Positions 1-9,190 of a stretch of 64,000 nt of DNA are shown piece by piece (the first letter of the stretch is position 1; every line of letters begins with the position of its first letter). The notes under the pieces were generated by a model. The model saw only the letters and a program-made list of their open reading frames with translations, was not told the origin of the DNA and searched no databases. This DNA comes from a candidate division FCPU426 bacterium. GTDB taxonomy: Bacteria; Oederibacteriota; Muellerivitia; Muellerivitales; Muellerivitaceae. Position numbers and translations under genes: made by a program. The stretch spans positions 41,545 through 105,544 of the forward strand of contig CAWKAR010000038.1 of the NCBI GenBank assembly GCA_963847625.1, read 5' to 3'.

Positions 1-295
1 CGTCGATATATTTCCAGTGGCGGTAAAGAACGGGAGCCTTGGTTTCCAAGAAGACGATTTCAGGCTTGAATTCGTCCAGGTGCCTTTCGTACTCCTCGTC
101 GCTCATCCGGCGGTTGATCCCGTCCAGCCAAAGGACGTCATGCCCCAAGTGTTTCAGGTTGGTGGCCAGGTGGCCGGGAACCAGGGGAAATATCCTAACC
201 TCCAGGGATTTGGAAAATTTCATATGGCGGTTTTGAGTGAGAAGAGGGAATTCCCCCTCTTTGCGGAAAGGGGGATAAAGGATGGCTGTTTTCAT
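1..295 (-). CDS. B12-binding domain radical SAM protein, N-terminal part (runs off window)
   Basis: Manual translation from ATG at 295 (GAGG RBS upstream): MKTAILYPPFRKEGEFPLLTQNRH...IFPLVPGHLATNLKHLGHDVLWLDG...FKPEIVFLETKAP, resembling the cobalamin-binding N-terminus of class B radical SAM enzymes. Not in the ORF track because it is truncated. Confidence 0.65.
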   Translation of the reverse strand, partial: MKTAILYPPFRKEGEFPLLTQNRHMKFSKSLEVRIFPLVPGHLATNLKHLGHDVLWLDGINRRMSDEEYERHLDEFKPEIVFLETKAPVLYRHWKYID

Positions 296-338
296 GGGGA
301 CCTCATTAGAAAAGAAGGTTGACGATGTTCACGTAAAT

Positions 339-1322
339 TTATCTTCTGGCCCGGTAATAATCAATGGTGTGTTTCAAACCTTCTTTTAAACTCACTTGAG
401 GCACCCAGTGAAGCCTCTTTTTCGCCTTGGATATGTCAGGTTTTCTTCGGACGGGGTCGTCCTGGGGAAGGGGAAAACGCTTCATTTTAACTTTGGTTAT
501 TCCGCAAAGAATGGAAACCAGTTTGGCGAAATCGCGAATATTGGTTTCCTGGGGGTTACCCAGGTTGAAAACCTCGCCCGTGGTGTTTTTAGTTGAAATG
601 GCCGCCCAAATACCCCTTACCAAATCAGTGACATAACAAAAGCTCCGGGTTTGGGAGCCGTCCCCATAAATCGTAAAGGGCTTGCCCTTCAAAGCTTGGG
701 TGATCAAGTTTGAAACCACCCGCCCGTCGTTTTCGTTCAGACGGGGTCCGTAGGTGTTGAAAATCCGGATGATGCGCGCATCCACGTCGAACTTGTGTAT
801 ATATTCATAAACCAGGGCTTCTCCCAGCCTTTTGCTCTCGTCATAGCAGGACCGGGGGCCAAAGGAGTTTACGTTGCCCCAATAGGTCTCTACTTGCGGA
901 TGAACGCGGGGTGTCCCGTAGACCTCGGATGTGGACGCGAACAAGAACTTGGTATGTTTTTTCCGGCAATACTCCAGAAGTTGAAGGCAGCCCATGGAGT
1001 TAACCAGAATGGTTTTTATGGAATTTTTCATGTAACCCGCGGGGGAAGCGGGAGACGCCAGATGAAAAATGTAATCGGCTTTGGGGAAAACCCGGGGGAA
1101 ACCCCTCCTGTTATTGCCCAGGAACCTTGGAAGCCCCTTAATGACGTCGCGGTTAATAAATCGAAATCCCGGGTTGCCACGGAGGTGCGCGATGTTTTCC
1201 AGCTTACCCGTGATGAGGTTGTCCACGCAAATCACTTGGTGGCCCAAACCGGTTAAAAAATCGCAAAGATGGGAACCCACAAAGCCGGCTCCGCCTGTGA
1301 CGATGGAATGCGTTTGTTTCAT
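339..1322 (-). CDS. UDP-glucuronate decarboxylase (UDP-xylose synthase) family SDR
   Basis: VTGGAGFVGSHL, HLASPASP, ASTSEVYG, YWGNVN.GPRSCYDESKR, RIFNTYGPR, DGRVVSN, DDPVRRKPDI motifs. Confidence 0.92.
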   Translation of the reverse strand: MKQTHSIVTGGAGFVGSHLCDFLTGLGHQVICVDNLITGKLENIAHLRGNPGFRFINRDVIKGLPRFLGNNRRGFPRVFPKADYIFHLASPASPAGYMKNSIKTILVNSMGCLQLLEYCRKKHTKFLFASTSEVYGTPRVHPQVETYWGNVNSFGPRSCYDESKRLGEALVYEYIHKFDVDARIIRIFNTYGPRLNENDGRVVSNLITQALKGKPFTIYGDGSQTRSFCYVTDLVRGIWAAISTKNTTGEVFNLGNPQETNIRDFAKLVSILCGITKVKMKRFPLPQDDPVRRKPDISKAKKRLHWVPQVSLKEGLKHTIDYYRARR

Positions 1323-1406
1323 AAAACCTCAACAAGCAATGACAATATGGTTCGCAAAGTAGTGAAGTTTAACACAGGCAGGGAATGCCTGCCAGAAAAA
1401 GCAGGA

Positions 1407-2561
1407 TCAACGGATGGGATAACCGGCGCCGCCATATGGATTGGTATCGGCTTCGGTGGGGGTCGGAGAGAAGGGGGCCGGGGTGGGGGGGGCGGAGAGG
1501 TCTTTTTTAGGTTTTAAACGGATGATGACGTTATTTTGAATATCCGTGATATAGAGACGGTTTTGCGAGTCACTGGCGATTCCCCTGAAACGGGGCAAAA
1601 AGTTTTCGTTCAAGATTTCATCCTTGGCCCTCCAAAGGCTCAAGAACTCAAAGTCGCCGTTCCGGCTGTTATAAAAATCCACTACGCCTCCGATCCCATC
1701 GGTGATGGCCGCCACCCCGGAGGGCGTAACAGCCACTCCCGAGGGCTCCTTGAATTGATAAGGGCCTTCGCCATACCAGCCCTGTACAGTGACGGGAGCC
1801 GTGTTGGTCGTGGCGGAGGATTGGTCGTTGAAAACCTCCATCCGGAAATTTCCCGTGTCGGCCACGATGGCCTGGTCGATGTTGTTCAGTGCGATCCCCC
1901 AAGGAAGATTCATGAAACCAGGCTGGGTTCCATAGGAGCCCCAGGTGAAATTAAAAACACCCATATTGCTGAAATTCTCGACGCGGGAATTGCCCGTATC
2001 CAGGACCCAGATGTTCCCGTAATGATCCTTGAGGATGGTATGAGGCGTGTTGAACTGGCCGTTGGCGTTGCCTTGGCTTCCCCAGGAAGAGACCACCAGG
2101 CCGTTCTCATCCAGGACCACGATCCGGTTATTCAAGGTGTCGGACACGTAGATTTTCCTCGGGGGAAGGACCAGAAGCGCTGTCGGGTGGTTGAACTGGG
2201 GCGGGTTACGCCAGGTGGCGGAGGTGCCGAAGGATCCGTAGGATGTCACGGGTTTCCCGTCGGTATCCCAGACTAGGATCCGGTTGTTGGCGGTATCGGC
2301 GATGTAAAGGAGCCCGTCGGGACCGATGGCCAGCCCTTCCGGAATGTTCAGCTGGTTGATATTCGCGCCCTTGGAACCCCACATGGAGTCGAAAACGTAG
2401 AGCTTTTCACCGGACCAAGGCATGGGCGTGGGTGTCTCCGTAGCGGTTTCGGTGCAAGTGGGTGTGGGGGTGTAACGGTGCCTGGCTAGGACATAGCCCG
2501 GGCAGGAATAACTGAAAATCAAAAAAGCGAAAAAAAGATAGCCCAAAAACTTCTTTTTCAT
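1407..2561 (-). CDS. Secreted NHL-repeat (6-bladed beta-propeller) protein with PT-rich linkers
   Basis: Signal peptide, TPTPT linker, repeated F.xP.G(I/L)A...Y(I/V)ADT.N.RI blades. Confidence 0.85.
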   Translation of the reverse strand: MKKKFLGYLFFAFLIFSYSCPGYVLARHRYTPTPTCTETATETPTPMPWSGEKLYVFDSMWGSKGANINQLNIPEGLAIGPDGLLYIADTANNRILVWDTDGKPVTSYGSFGTSATWRNPPQFNHPTALLVLPPRKIYVSDTLNNRIVVLDENGLVVSSWGSQGNANGQFNTPHTILKDHYGNIWVLDTGNSRVENFSNMGVFNFTWGSYGTQPGFMNLPWGIALNNIDQAIVADTGNFRMEVFNDQSSATTNTAPVTVQGWYGEGPYQFKEPSGVAVTPSGVAAITDGIGGVVDFYNSRNGDFEFLSLWRAKDEILNENFLPRFRGIASDSQNRLYITDIQNNVIIRLKPKKDLSAPPTPAPFSPTPTEADTNPYGGAGYPIR

Positions 2562-2571
2562 AGCGAAGTTT

Positions 2572-2600
2572 ATGCTATCGGGGGTTTATGCGGCAGTCAA
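2572..2600 (-). promoter_or_regulatory. sigma70-type promoter (TTGACT-17-TAGCAT), near-leaderless for the NHL gene
   Basis: -35 at 2600-2595, -10 at 2577-2572, only 10 nt before ATG 2561, no Shine-Dalgarno. Confidence 0.5.
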
Positions 2601-2761
2601 CTTAAAAGGATTTTTTCATCAGAAGCCTTTTTCATTCAAAAGCCGGGATTTTAATTTTCATTTAGATAATGGATAAAAAGGGAAAGAAATGTGGAGAAAA
2701 TAGGAGGTCCATTGCGGGGGAAGATAAAATCCGAGAGGATTTGAACTGGAAAAGATAAGGC

Positions 2762-3247
2762 TCAGGCGCCTTCCATACGGCTTTGGCAGTTGATACAGCG
2801 GGTGGCCCAGGGTATGGCTTTCAAGCGGGCCATCGGTATGGATTTTTTACATATCTCGCACAAACCGTAAGACCCATCCGTGATGTGGGAAAGGGCCTTT
2901 TCGATCCGATCCAACTCAATCCGGTCGTTTTCCATCAGGGTGAGGGAGAGGTGCTGGGTTAATTCACCCGTACCATGGTCGGCCATGTCGCCGGGAACAT
3001 TTTGGTTGTCGGCGATTTCCTCGCGGAGATCCGTTTCGAGATGGTTGACTTGGCCGGTAATTGCGTTACGGCGGTCCTGCAATCTTTTAAGAAGGGGGAG
3101 ATAAGCCGGGTCGATTTTAAGCCTTTTCTTGGGAGCGACTTTAAAGGCCGAAAGTTTGGAAACGGGTTTTGCTGCTATTTTGCGGGAAGATTTTTTTGTT
3201 TTCTTCCCCGAACTTTTTGAGGACGATTTACGTTTGGAACGAGCCAT
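2762..3247 (-). CDS. dksA: DksA/TraR C4-type zinc-finger transcription factor
   Basis: GDMAD coiled-coil tip, GSYGLCEIC...IPMARLKAIPWATRCINCQ; basic N-terminal tail; GGAGG RBS. Confidence 0.85.
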   Translation of the reverse strand: MARSKRKSSSKSSGKKTKKSSRKIAAKPVSKLSAFKVAPKKRLKIDPAYLPLLKRLQDRRNAITGQVNHLETDLREEIADNQNVPGDMADHGTGELTQHLSLTLMENDRIELDRIEKALSHITDGSYGLCEICKKSIPMARLKAIPWATRCINCQSRMEGA

Positions 3248-3316
3248 GGTTCCCTCCAGTCCTTAATTTATGTGGTTAAAAGCTCTGGCAACAAATGGGT
3301 ATTGAAAAGGTATAGA

Positions 3317-3345
3317 AGAGTATCTAAGGCTTCCTGAACTGTCAA
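3317..3345 (-). promoter_or_regulatory. sigma70-type promoter for dksA (TTGACA-17-TACTCT)
   Basis: Consensus -35, 17-nt spacer, near-consensus -10. Confidence 0.5.
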
Positions 3346-3484
3346 GACTAAAGGGAACCGTTATTTTTCAGCGGAATGCGAGGGCCCGGCGGGGGGATGA
3401 CCGGAACGCGCGGGTTGAATTTCCCTGGTTAAGGCACATCCGGACGCCTTATACTTAAACCACCTTTTTTAAAAGGAGCGCCCC

Positions 3485-4054
3485 ATGGCCATGGGAATCA
3501 TTTTAGTGGTTTTGTTCTTTATCTTAGGTGTCGTTATTCTTGCCACGCTTTATTTCATCTCGATTTACAACCATTTGGTCCGTTACCGTGTGGAAGTGGA
3601 TGATTCTTGGAGCCAAATCGACGTCCAACTCAAGCGCAGGCATGACCTGATCCCCAACCTTGTGGAAACGGTCAAGGGGGTCATGGATTTCGAGAAAAAC
3701 ACCCTTACCCAGGTCATGCAGGCCCGTGCTAGCGCCATGGGCGCCGCCAACCTGGCCGACCGTATGAAGGCGGAAAACGACATCACGAGCGGGTTGGGCC
3801 GCTTGCTCGCCGTCTGGGAAAACTACCCGGCGCTGAAATCCAACGAGAACGCCAAGCAGCTCCAGGAAGAACTCACTTCCACCGAGAACAAAATCGCTTA
3901 TTCCCGGGGCCATTACAACGACGTGGTGGCCAATTTCAACACGATCGTCCAGCAGTTCCCGTCCAATCTCATCGCGGGCCCGTTCCACTTCCAAGCCAGG
4001 GAATTCATGAAGGCGGCCGAAGCGGATAAGGAAGTCCCCCAAGTCAAATTCTGA
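3485..4054 (+). CDS. lemA: LemA family protein
   Basis: N-terminal TM, WSQIDVQLKRRHDLIPNLVETVKG, ENYPALKSNEN, ELTSTENKIAYSR, FPSNLIA. Confidence 0.95.
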   Translation: MAMGIILVVLFFILGVVILATLYFISIYNHLVRYRVEVDDSWSQIDVQLKRRHDLIPNLVETVKGVMDFEKNTLTQVMQARASAMGAANLADRMKAENDITSGLGRLLAVWENYPALKSNENAKQLQEELTSTENKIAYSRGHYNDVVANFNTIVQQFPSNLIAGPFHFQAREFMKAAEADKEVPQVKF

Positions 4055-4100
4055 TACCGGTTGACAAGCCGCCCAATGCCGGATCCGGACCGAGGCAGGG

Positions 4101-5804
4101 ATGTTTTATTCTTTACCCGCTGAAACGGTTTTCGAGGCCAAACAACGTACGAAAAGGGCGACAGTCCTCCTATTTTTCCTCCTAGCCGTCCTTTACATTT
4201 TCTTCGCCGATCTCATGGCCGTATCCGCTTATTTGTGCGTCAAAATCAGGTTCACCTCGAGAATCATCGGGGAGGAGTTTCTCTGGATCATGATCCTGAC
4301 CACCCTGACCGCGGCCGTGGTGGCCGTGGTCCATTTCATCGTTGTCCGGAACAAATCGCTGGAGGATATGCTCGCCCAAATCAAGGCCCGGCCCGCGGAC
4401 CCCGGCGATGAATACCATTCCCAATTCATCAACATCGTTTCAGAGGCCGAGGCGGCCACCGGCATCCACGGCATTCAACCGGTCGTCCTGGCCACCCCCG
4501 GGTGCAACGCCTTCTCCCTGCAGGATTCCCGGGGCCATTGCGCCATCGGGGCCACCGAGGGCCTTCTTTCCAAGCTCACCCGCGGCGAACTCTCCGCCGT
4601 CATCGCGCACGAGGCCGCGCATCTCCTGCATGAGGATTCCCGGCTCGTGACGACCGCCTGTTTCCTGTTCAGCGTTTTCGGGGATATCCACGCGGCCCTG
4701 GGCCAGGTTCTTTCCGCCGGGTCTTCGATTTCCTATTCCTATGGGCGTTCCTATGGAAGGAAGGGGGGAGGGAGCGGAGGCGGGGGATTTGGCCTGGCTG
4801 TCTCGGCGCTATGGCTTATTTCCGGGGTGGGATACCTGTTGACCCGCCTGATCAGCATGGCTATTTCCCGGGAGAGGGAATACTTTGCCGACTCGGACGG
4901 GGTCCAGATGTGCAAGGACCCCCTTTCCCTCGCGGAAGGCCTTTACAAGATATCCCACCGGTACCGGGGGGAAATGCCGGACGCTTACTCGGCGGTTTTC
5001 ATCATGGACCCGAACCAATCCGAAATCGCCGAGCAGGAGGGTTTTTTCCCCGACCTTTTCAGCACCCATCCGCCTGTTTCCAAGAGACTCACCAAACTCC
5101 TGGGCTGGGCGAAGTCCGACGTGAAAACCCTTCAGGAGGCGGTGGAACAGGAGGAAAAATCCGCGAAACCCAGTGGCCCTGCCGAGGAAACCCCGGCGCC
5201 CGACAAATCGGGGTTCATGACATTCCAAAACAACCAATGGGTGGGGCCCTATACCCCCCTCCAGCTCCTGACCGCCGGAATCATCACCCCCTCCTCCTGG
5301 GTTTGTCCCGCGGGAAGCCAGCAGGTGGTGAAGGCCTCGGAAACGGCGGAATTGATCCCCCTATTCCAAAAACAGGTCCAGGGGGCCGTGGCCCAGGAAG
5401 CCTGTCCCCGCTGCAAGGTCCCCCTGCTGGATACCCACTATGAAGGCGCGGAAGTGGAACAATGCAGTTATTGCAAGGGACATCTGTTGAAGGCCGGGGT
5501 CCTGGAGAGGCTCATCACCCGCGAGGAGAGGACCTTTGACCCCGAGGAAATCAAGAAAGCCAGGATTTGGAGGGACTCCCAGAAGGGCCCCCTCAAGGAC
5601 CGGGACCCCTTCCCCGATATCCAATGCCCCTTTTGCAAGTGCGCCATGGGCAGAAGCGTCCACTCCATGCTGACCCAGGTGATCATCAACCATTGTTGCA
5701 ACGATGATTGCGGGGCCATCTGGTGCGACGGGGGGGAATTGGAGACGATCCAAATGCTGATCCGGGACGCCCATTCCGGTTCTTCTCCCGCGAAGAACAT
5801 ATAA
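4101..5804 (+). CDS. M48/HtpX-family membrane zinc metalloprotease with C-terminal zinc-ribbon domains
   Basis: NAF, AVIAHEAAH (HExxH), SREREYFAD, LFSTHPP; C-terminal CPRC..CSYC and CPFC..C..CGAIWCDGGELE; follows lemA. Confidence 0.85.
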   Translation: MFYSLPAETVFEAKQRTKRATVLLFFLLAVLYIFFADLMAVSAYLCVKIRFTSRIIGEEFLWIMILTTLTAAVVAVVHFIVVRNKSLEDMLAQIKARPADPGDEYHSQFINIVSEAEAATGIHGIQPVVLATPGCNAFSLQDSRGHCAIGATEGLLSKLTRGELSAVIAHEAAHLLHEDSRLVTTACFLFSVFGDIHAALGQVLSAGSSISYSYGRSYGRKGGGSGGGGFGLAVSALWLISGVGYLLTRLISMAISREREYFADSDGVQMCKDPLSLAEGLYKISHRYRGEMPDAYSAVFIMDPNQSEIAEQEGFFPDLFSTHPPVSKRLTKLLGWAKSDVKTLQEAVEQEEKSAKPSGPAEETPAPDKSGFMTFQNNQWVGPYTPLQLLTAGIITPSSWVCPAGSQQVVKASETAELIPLFQKQVQGAVAQEACPRCKVPLLDTHYEGAEVEQCSYCKGHLLKAGVLERLITREERTFDPEEIKKARIWRDSQKGPLKDRDPFPDIQCPFCKCAMGRSVHSMLTQVIINHCCNDDCGAIWCDGGELETIQMLIRDAHSGSSPAKNI

Positions 5805-6143
5805 GTCAATTCATGTCTCTCCATAGGGTGTCGCATATACGAGACAACCTATTAGAAGTGGGTTTGATATATCCCCTTGTCTTTGCACGGAGCGGGAAAG
5901 GAAAAGACCAGGTTCAAAGTCTTGAAGGTGAAATGTAGGCATTAGATCGATGACAGGGGTTACAAAGGATGAAATGGTTGAAATGGCCGAATTTTGGGGG
6001 TAGTTATGTGGTGGTAGTACAATAAGTAACAAGTTAGCTGTTGGTGAAATCGGCTTAAGTCATCTTGAAAATACCGCCTTTATGCAATAGTAGCGGCACG
6101 GTCACCAGAATCAGATAATTAAAAAAGGATGTAAAGGTTAGAT

Positions 6144-7124
6144 ATGAAAAATCTATTTTTAATACTTCTTTTTTCGAGTTTATTCCCAATTTGCGGATAC
6201 GCCTTTACCGCGGACGAGTATTATCATGCGGGATTTGCGGACTATCAGGCGGGGAAATGGAACAATGCGATCCCTTTATTGGAAAATGCAATACAACAAG
6301 ATCCGAATTATTGGGAAGCGTACCAAATACTCGCTTATTCTTATTATCGATTAAATGATATACAAAAATGTCTTCGAAATGGCGATGCAAGCATTCGAAT
6401 TCATCCCAATAATCCAACCTTGCAAAATTTCATTGATAAATTAAAAACCCAAAACTTACCAGCCCCTTCAGTCGACAACCAACAAAATAATTCAGCAGTT
6501 GTTAATCCTACCCCAATACCAACATTGCCACCAATTCCAATGACCAATGGAAGTACAACGCCTACAAATATAGCTTCATCAAAAAAAAATTCCTTTTACT
6601 TCAATCTTTCTGCCGTTACTCCGGATTATCCGAACGGATTTTCAACTGATTGGACATCAGGCGGTAGTGTTGGAATTGCCTATGGAATTGATTTAAACAA
6701 AATGACTTCGATTGTTTTAAGTGGTCAATACAGTACATTTCCATTTAACTATACATACCCAGGTTTGGAATATTCAGGTGGTAGTGTTCATACGGTTATG
6801 TTTTTAGTAAACGGAAAATTCATTTTAGTAGGCGCGGAAAACCCTGTTGCATTTTATGTAATAACAGGATTAGGACCAACTGACTTTATAATTGACACTT
6901 TAACCGCCACAAACATTTCAACAAGTCAAACCCAAACATACACTTCAACTTATGAAGCTGATTTTTCTTTACGCCTGGGAATGGGAATTGATATTAAATT
7001 AAACAAAGGAGTGGCTCTATATATCGAATCAAATGGTGTTGATACTTTTGTTTCTCAAAAAGTAGCGACCGAAGGCTATACGACCAACAATATGTTTTCA
7101 ATCGGCATGAAATTCGATGAATAA
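6144..7124 (+). CDS. Secreted TPR + Pro-rich linker + outer-membrane beta-barrel-like protein (AT-rich)
   Basis: Signal peptide, TPR (AIQQDPNYWEAYQILAYSYY), PTPIPTLPP linker, amphipathic strands ending FSIGMKFDE. Confidence 0.6.
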   Translation: MKNLFLILLFSSLFPICGYAFTADEYYHAGFADYQAGKWNNAIPLLENAIQQDPNYWEAYQILAYSYYRLNDIQKCLRNGDASIRIHPNNPTLQNFIDKLKTQNLPAPSVDNQQNNSAVVNPTPIPTLPPIPMTNGSTTPTNIASSKKNSFYFNLSAVTPDYPNGFSTDWTSGGSVGIAYGIDLNKMTSIVLSGQYSTFPFNYTYPGLEYSGGSVHTVMFLVNGKFILVGAENPVAFYVITGLGPTDFIIDTLTATNISTSQTQTYTSTYEADFSLRLGMGIDIKLNKGVALYIESNGVDTFVSQKVATEGYTTNNMFSIGMKFDE

Positions 7125-7291
7125 AAAATCAAATTGTTTGGGGCTTTTTTTGTAGAATCCCAATAAATTCCGCTTTTAAAATTACCCATATTGATTACCG
7201 CACGTGTGGGCTGGAAAGGCAATTTAGAATTTAAAACTCAACATTCAAAATTGGCTTTTACATAGGTTTTTTGGTCGGCATAGGCCGGAGC

Positions 7292-7907
7292 CCTGTAGGC
7301 ATGGGCCGGACGCCCTGTGGGCATGAGCCGGACGCCCTGTGGGCATGAGCCGGACGCCCTGTGGGCATGAGCCGGGTGTCCTGTGGGCATGAGCCGGGTG
7401 TCCTGTGGGCATGAGCCGGGTGCCCTGTGGGCATGGGCTGGCACCCTGTGGGCACGGGTCGGACGCCCTGTGGGCATGAGCCGAGAGTCCTGTGGGCATG
7501 GGCCGGCACCCTGTGGGCATGAGCCGGGTGCCCTAGGAACATGGGGCTGGACGCCTAGGAACATCCTCCAGGGGTCCTAGAAACATGGGTCGGACGCCTA
7601 GGAACATGGATGTACCCTAGGAACATCCAGCCGGGTGTCCTGGGAACATGGGGCGTGCCCCTAGGAACATTCGGCAGGGGTCCTAGGAACATGGGGGATA
7701 AACCGCCCACATTCCCGTCGGAATTCGAGATACCCCCTTCGGAAAGGGCCGGGCCTCCCGTCGGAAAGGGGGATAACCTGCCCACATTCCTGCCCGCAGA
7801 CGCCGGGGGTCCTGCCCGCATAGGTGGTTTTACTGCCCGCATGGGCCGGAAGTCCTGCCCGCATTTCGGGGTCTCCCGCCCGCAGAAGTCGGGGGTCCTG
7901 CCCGCAT
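7292..7907. repeat. Phased 21-22 bp tandem array with block-wise switching 11-bp cores
   Basis: 11x CCTGTGGGCAT-like (7292-7520), 8x CCTAGGAACAT-like (7532-7692), 3x CC(G/T)TCGGAA (about 7715-7768), about 7x CCTGCCC(G/A)CA(T/G) (7777-7907), separated mostly by 10-11 nt GC-rich variable linkers. Confidence 0.95.
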
Positions 7908-8150
7908 TGGTGCCTTTATGGGCACCAACACACGCACCCGTTGGGCCTTCGGCCCAAGGGCGATAAAAATCATCGAGTTATGTGACCTGGTTTGTGACCT
8001 CGCCACAGCGGCATGAGAGGATAAACCGCCCACATTCCTGCCCGCATGGTAACCCCTTGCGAATACGCAAAATCTTCGTTATTTCAGGGCTTAAATGGGC
8101 TGGAATAAACGGGGAAAACCGATTTGTTTTTCTGCTAACATGCTGGCCTT

Positions 8151-9185
8151 ATGGAAATCCTACTTCTCAGACTCGACCGGATCGGTGATTTTATCCTGGG
8201 GATTCCAGCCTACCGCGCCTTAAGGCAGGCATACCCCAACGACCGGATCTCGGTCATTGTCCCCTCGAATGTGGCCGAACTGGCCGAAGCTTGCCCCTAT
8301 TTCGATGAGGTCTTCCTATATGAGGCCCTCTGGCTGAAACCCGGGGTTCCGCTCCTGGACCGTTGGAAATCCGCCCTGAAATTAATCCGGTTCCTCCGGT
8401 CCATGCCCCTGGACTTGGTCCTGAATTTCCGGTACCAAAGCCGCCTGGACCCGCTGGTCACCGGCTTCTCGGGCGCGAAAAAACGCGTTGGTTTCAACCT
8501 GGGATGGGTCAGCTGGTTTTTATCCCAAAGGGTTTCCCATCCGTCTCCCGACTTCCACCAGGTGGACCGCAACCTGCATTTGCTGGATGCGATGGGCATC
8601 CAGGCTCAGGACCGGCAATTGGAAATTTGGACGGAGGAAAGGGACAAGAAAACCGCCGAAAGCCACATGCCTGCCCAGGAACTTCTTCCGGGTATTCCCT
8701 CCATCGCGGTCCACGTGGGCGCGGCCACGCCATCCAAAAAATGGATGGAGGAAAATTTCTCCAACCTCATTTTCGAGCTCCATGCCATCACCCAGGCGGA
8801 CATTATGGTTCTGGGCGGTGAACAGGACCTGCCGGCCGCCCATGAAGTCGTGGACGGGTTGGAATGTCCCTGCGTGAACTTGGCTGGGAAGTTGAGCCTG
8901 CGCCAAATGGCCGCGCTGATCAAGCAATGCCAAGTCTTTATCGGCTGTGACTCCGGCGCCACGCACTTAGCGGCCGCTTGCGGGATTCCGGTGGTCTGCC
9001 TTTTTTCCGCGGCCAATGAGGAGGCGGTCTGGAGGCCCTGGGGGCCCAAGGTGAAGGTGTTGACCGCCCACCCGGATTGCTCGCCCTGCCGGAGCCACGA
9101 GTGCCTGCGCACCGACGGCTATTTCTGCATGAACGAAATCAAGGTGGAGGATGTGGTGGCTGAAGTGAAGGCTTTGCTGGGCTGA
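8151..9185 (+). CDS. GT9 glycosyltransferase (ADP-heptose:LPS heptosyltransferase-like)
   Basis: LLRLDRIGDFIL, HVGAATPSKKW, NLAGKLSL, IGCDSGATHLAAA, CSPC. Confidence 0.9.
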   Translation: MEILLLRLDRIGDFILGIPAYRALRQAYPNDRISVIVPSNVAELAEACPYFDEVFLYEALWLKPGVPLLDRWKSALKLIRFLRSMPLDLVLNFRYQSRLDPLVTGFSGAKKRVGFNLGWVSWFLSQRVSHPSPDFHQVDRNLHLLDAMGIQAQDRQLEIWTEERDKKTAESHMPAQELLPGIPSIAVHVGAATPSKKWMEENFSNLIFELHAITQADIMVLGGEQDLPAAHEVVDGLECPCVNLAGKLSLRQMAALIKQCQVFIGCDSGATHLAAACGIPVVCLFSAANEEAVWRPWGPKVKVLTAHPDCSPCRSHECLRTDGYFCMNEIKVEDVVAEVKALLG

Positions 9186-9190
9186 CAACC

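Noticed and set aside
7292..7907. CRISPR array or TIGR-type guide array
   Set aside because: The conserved part is only 11 bp, linkers are 10-11 nt and related to one another rather than unique, and no cas or other effector gene is present in the window.
7238..7966. Repeat-protein ORFs (MPTGRPAHAHR...) over the array
   Set aside because: The 22-nt period rotates the frame, all three minus frames give the same peptide, and there is no RBS; the open frames are a by-product of the repeat.
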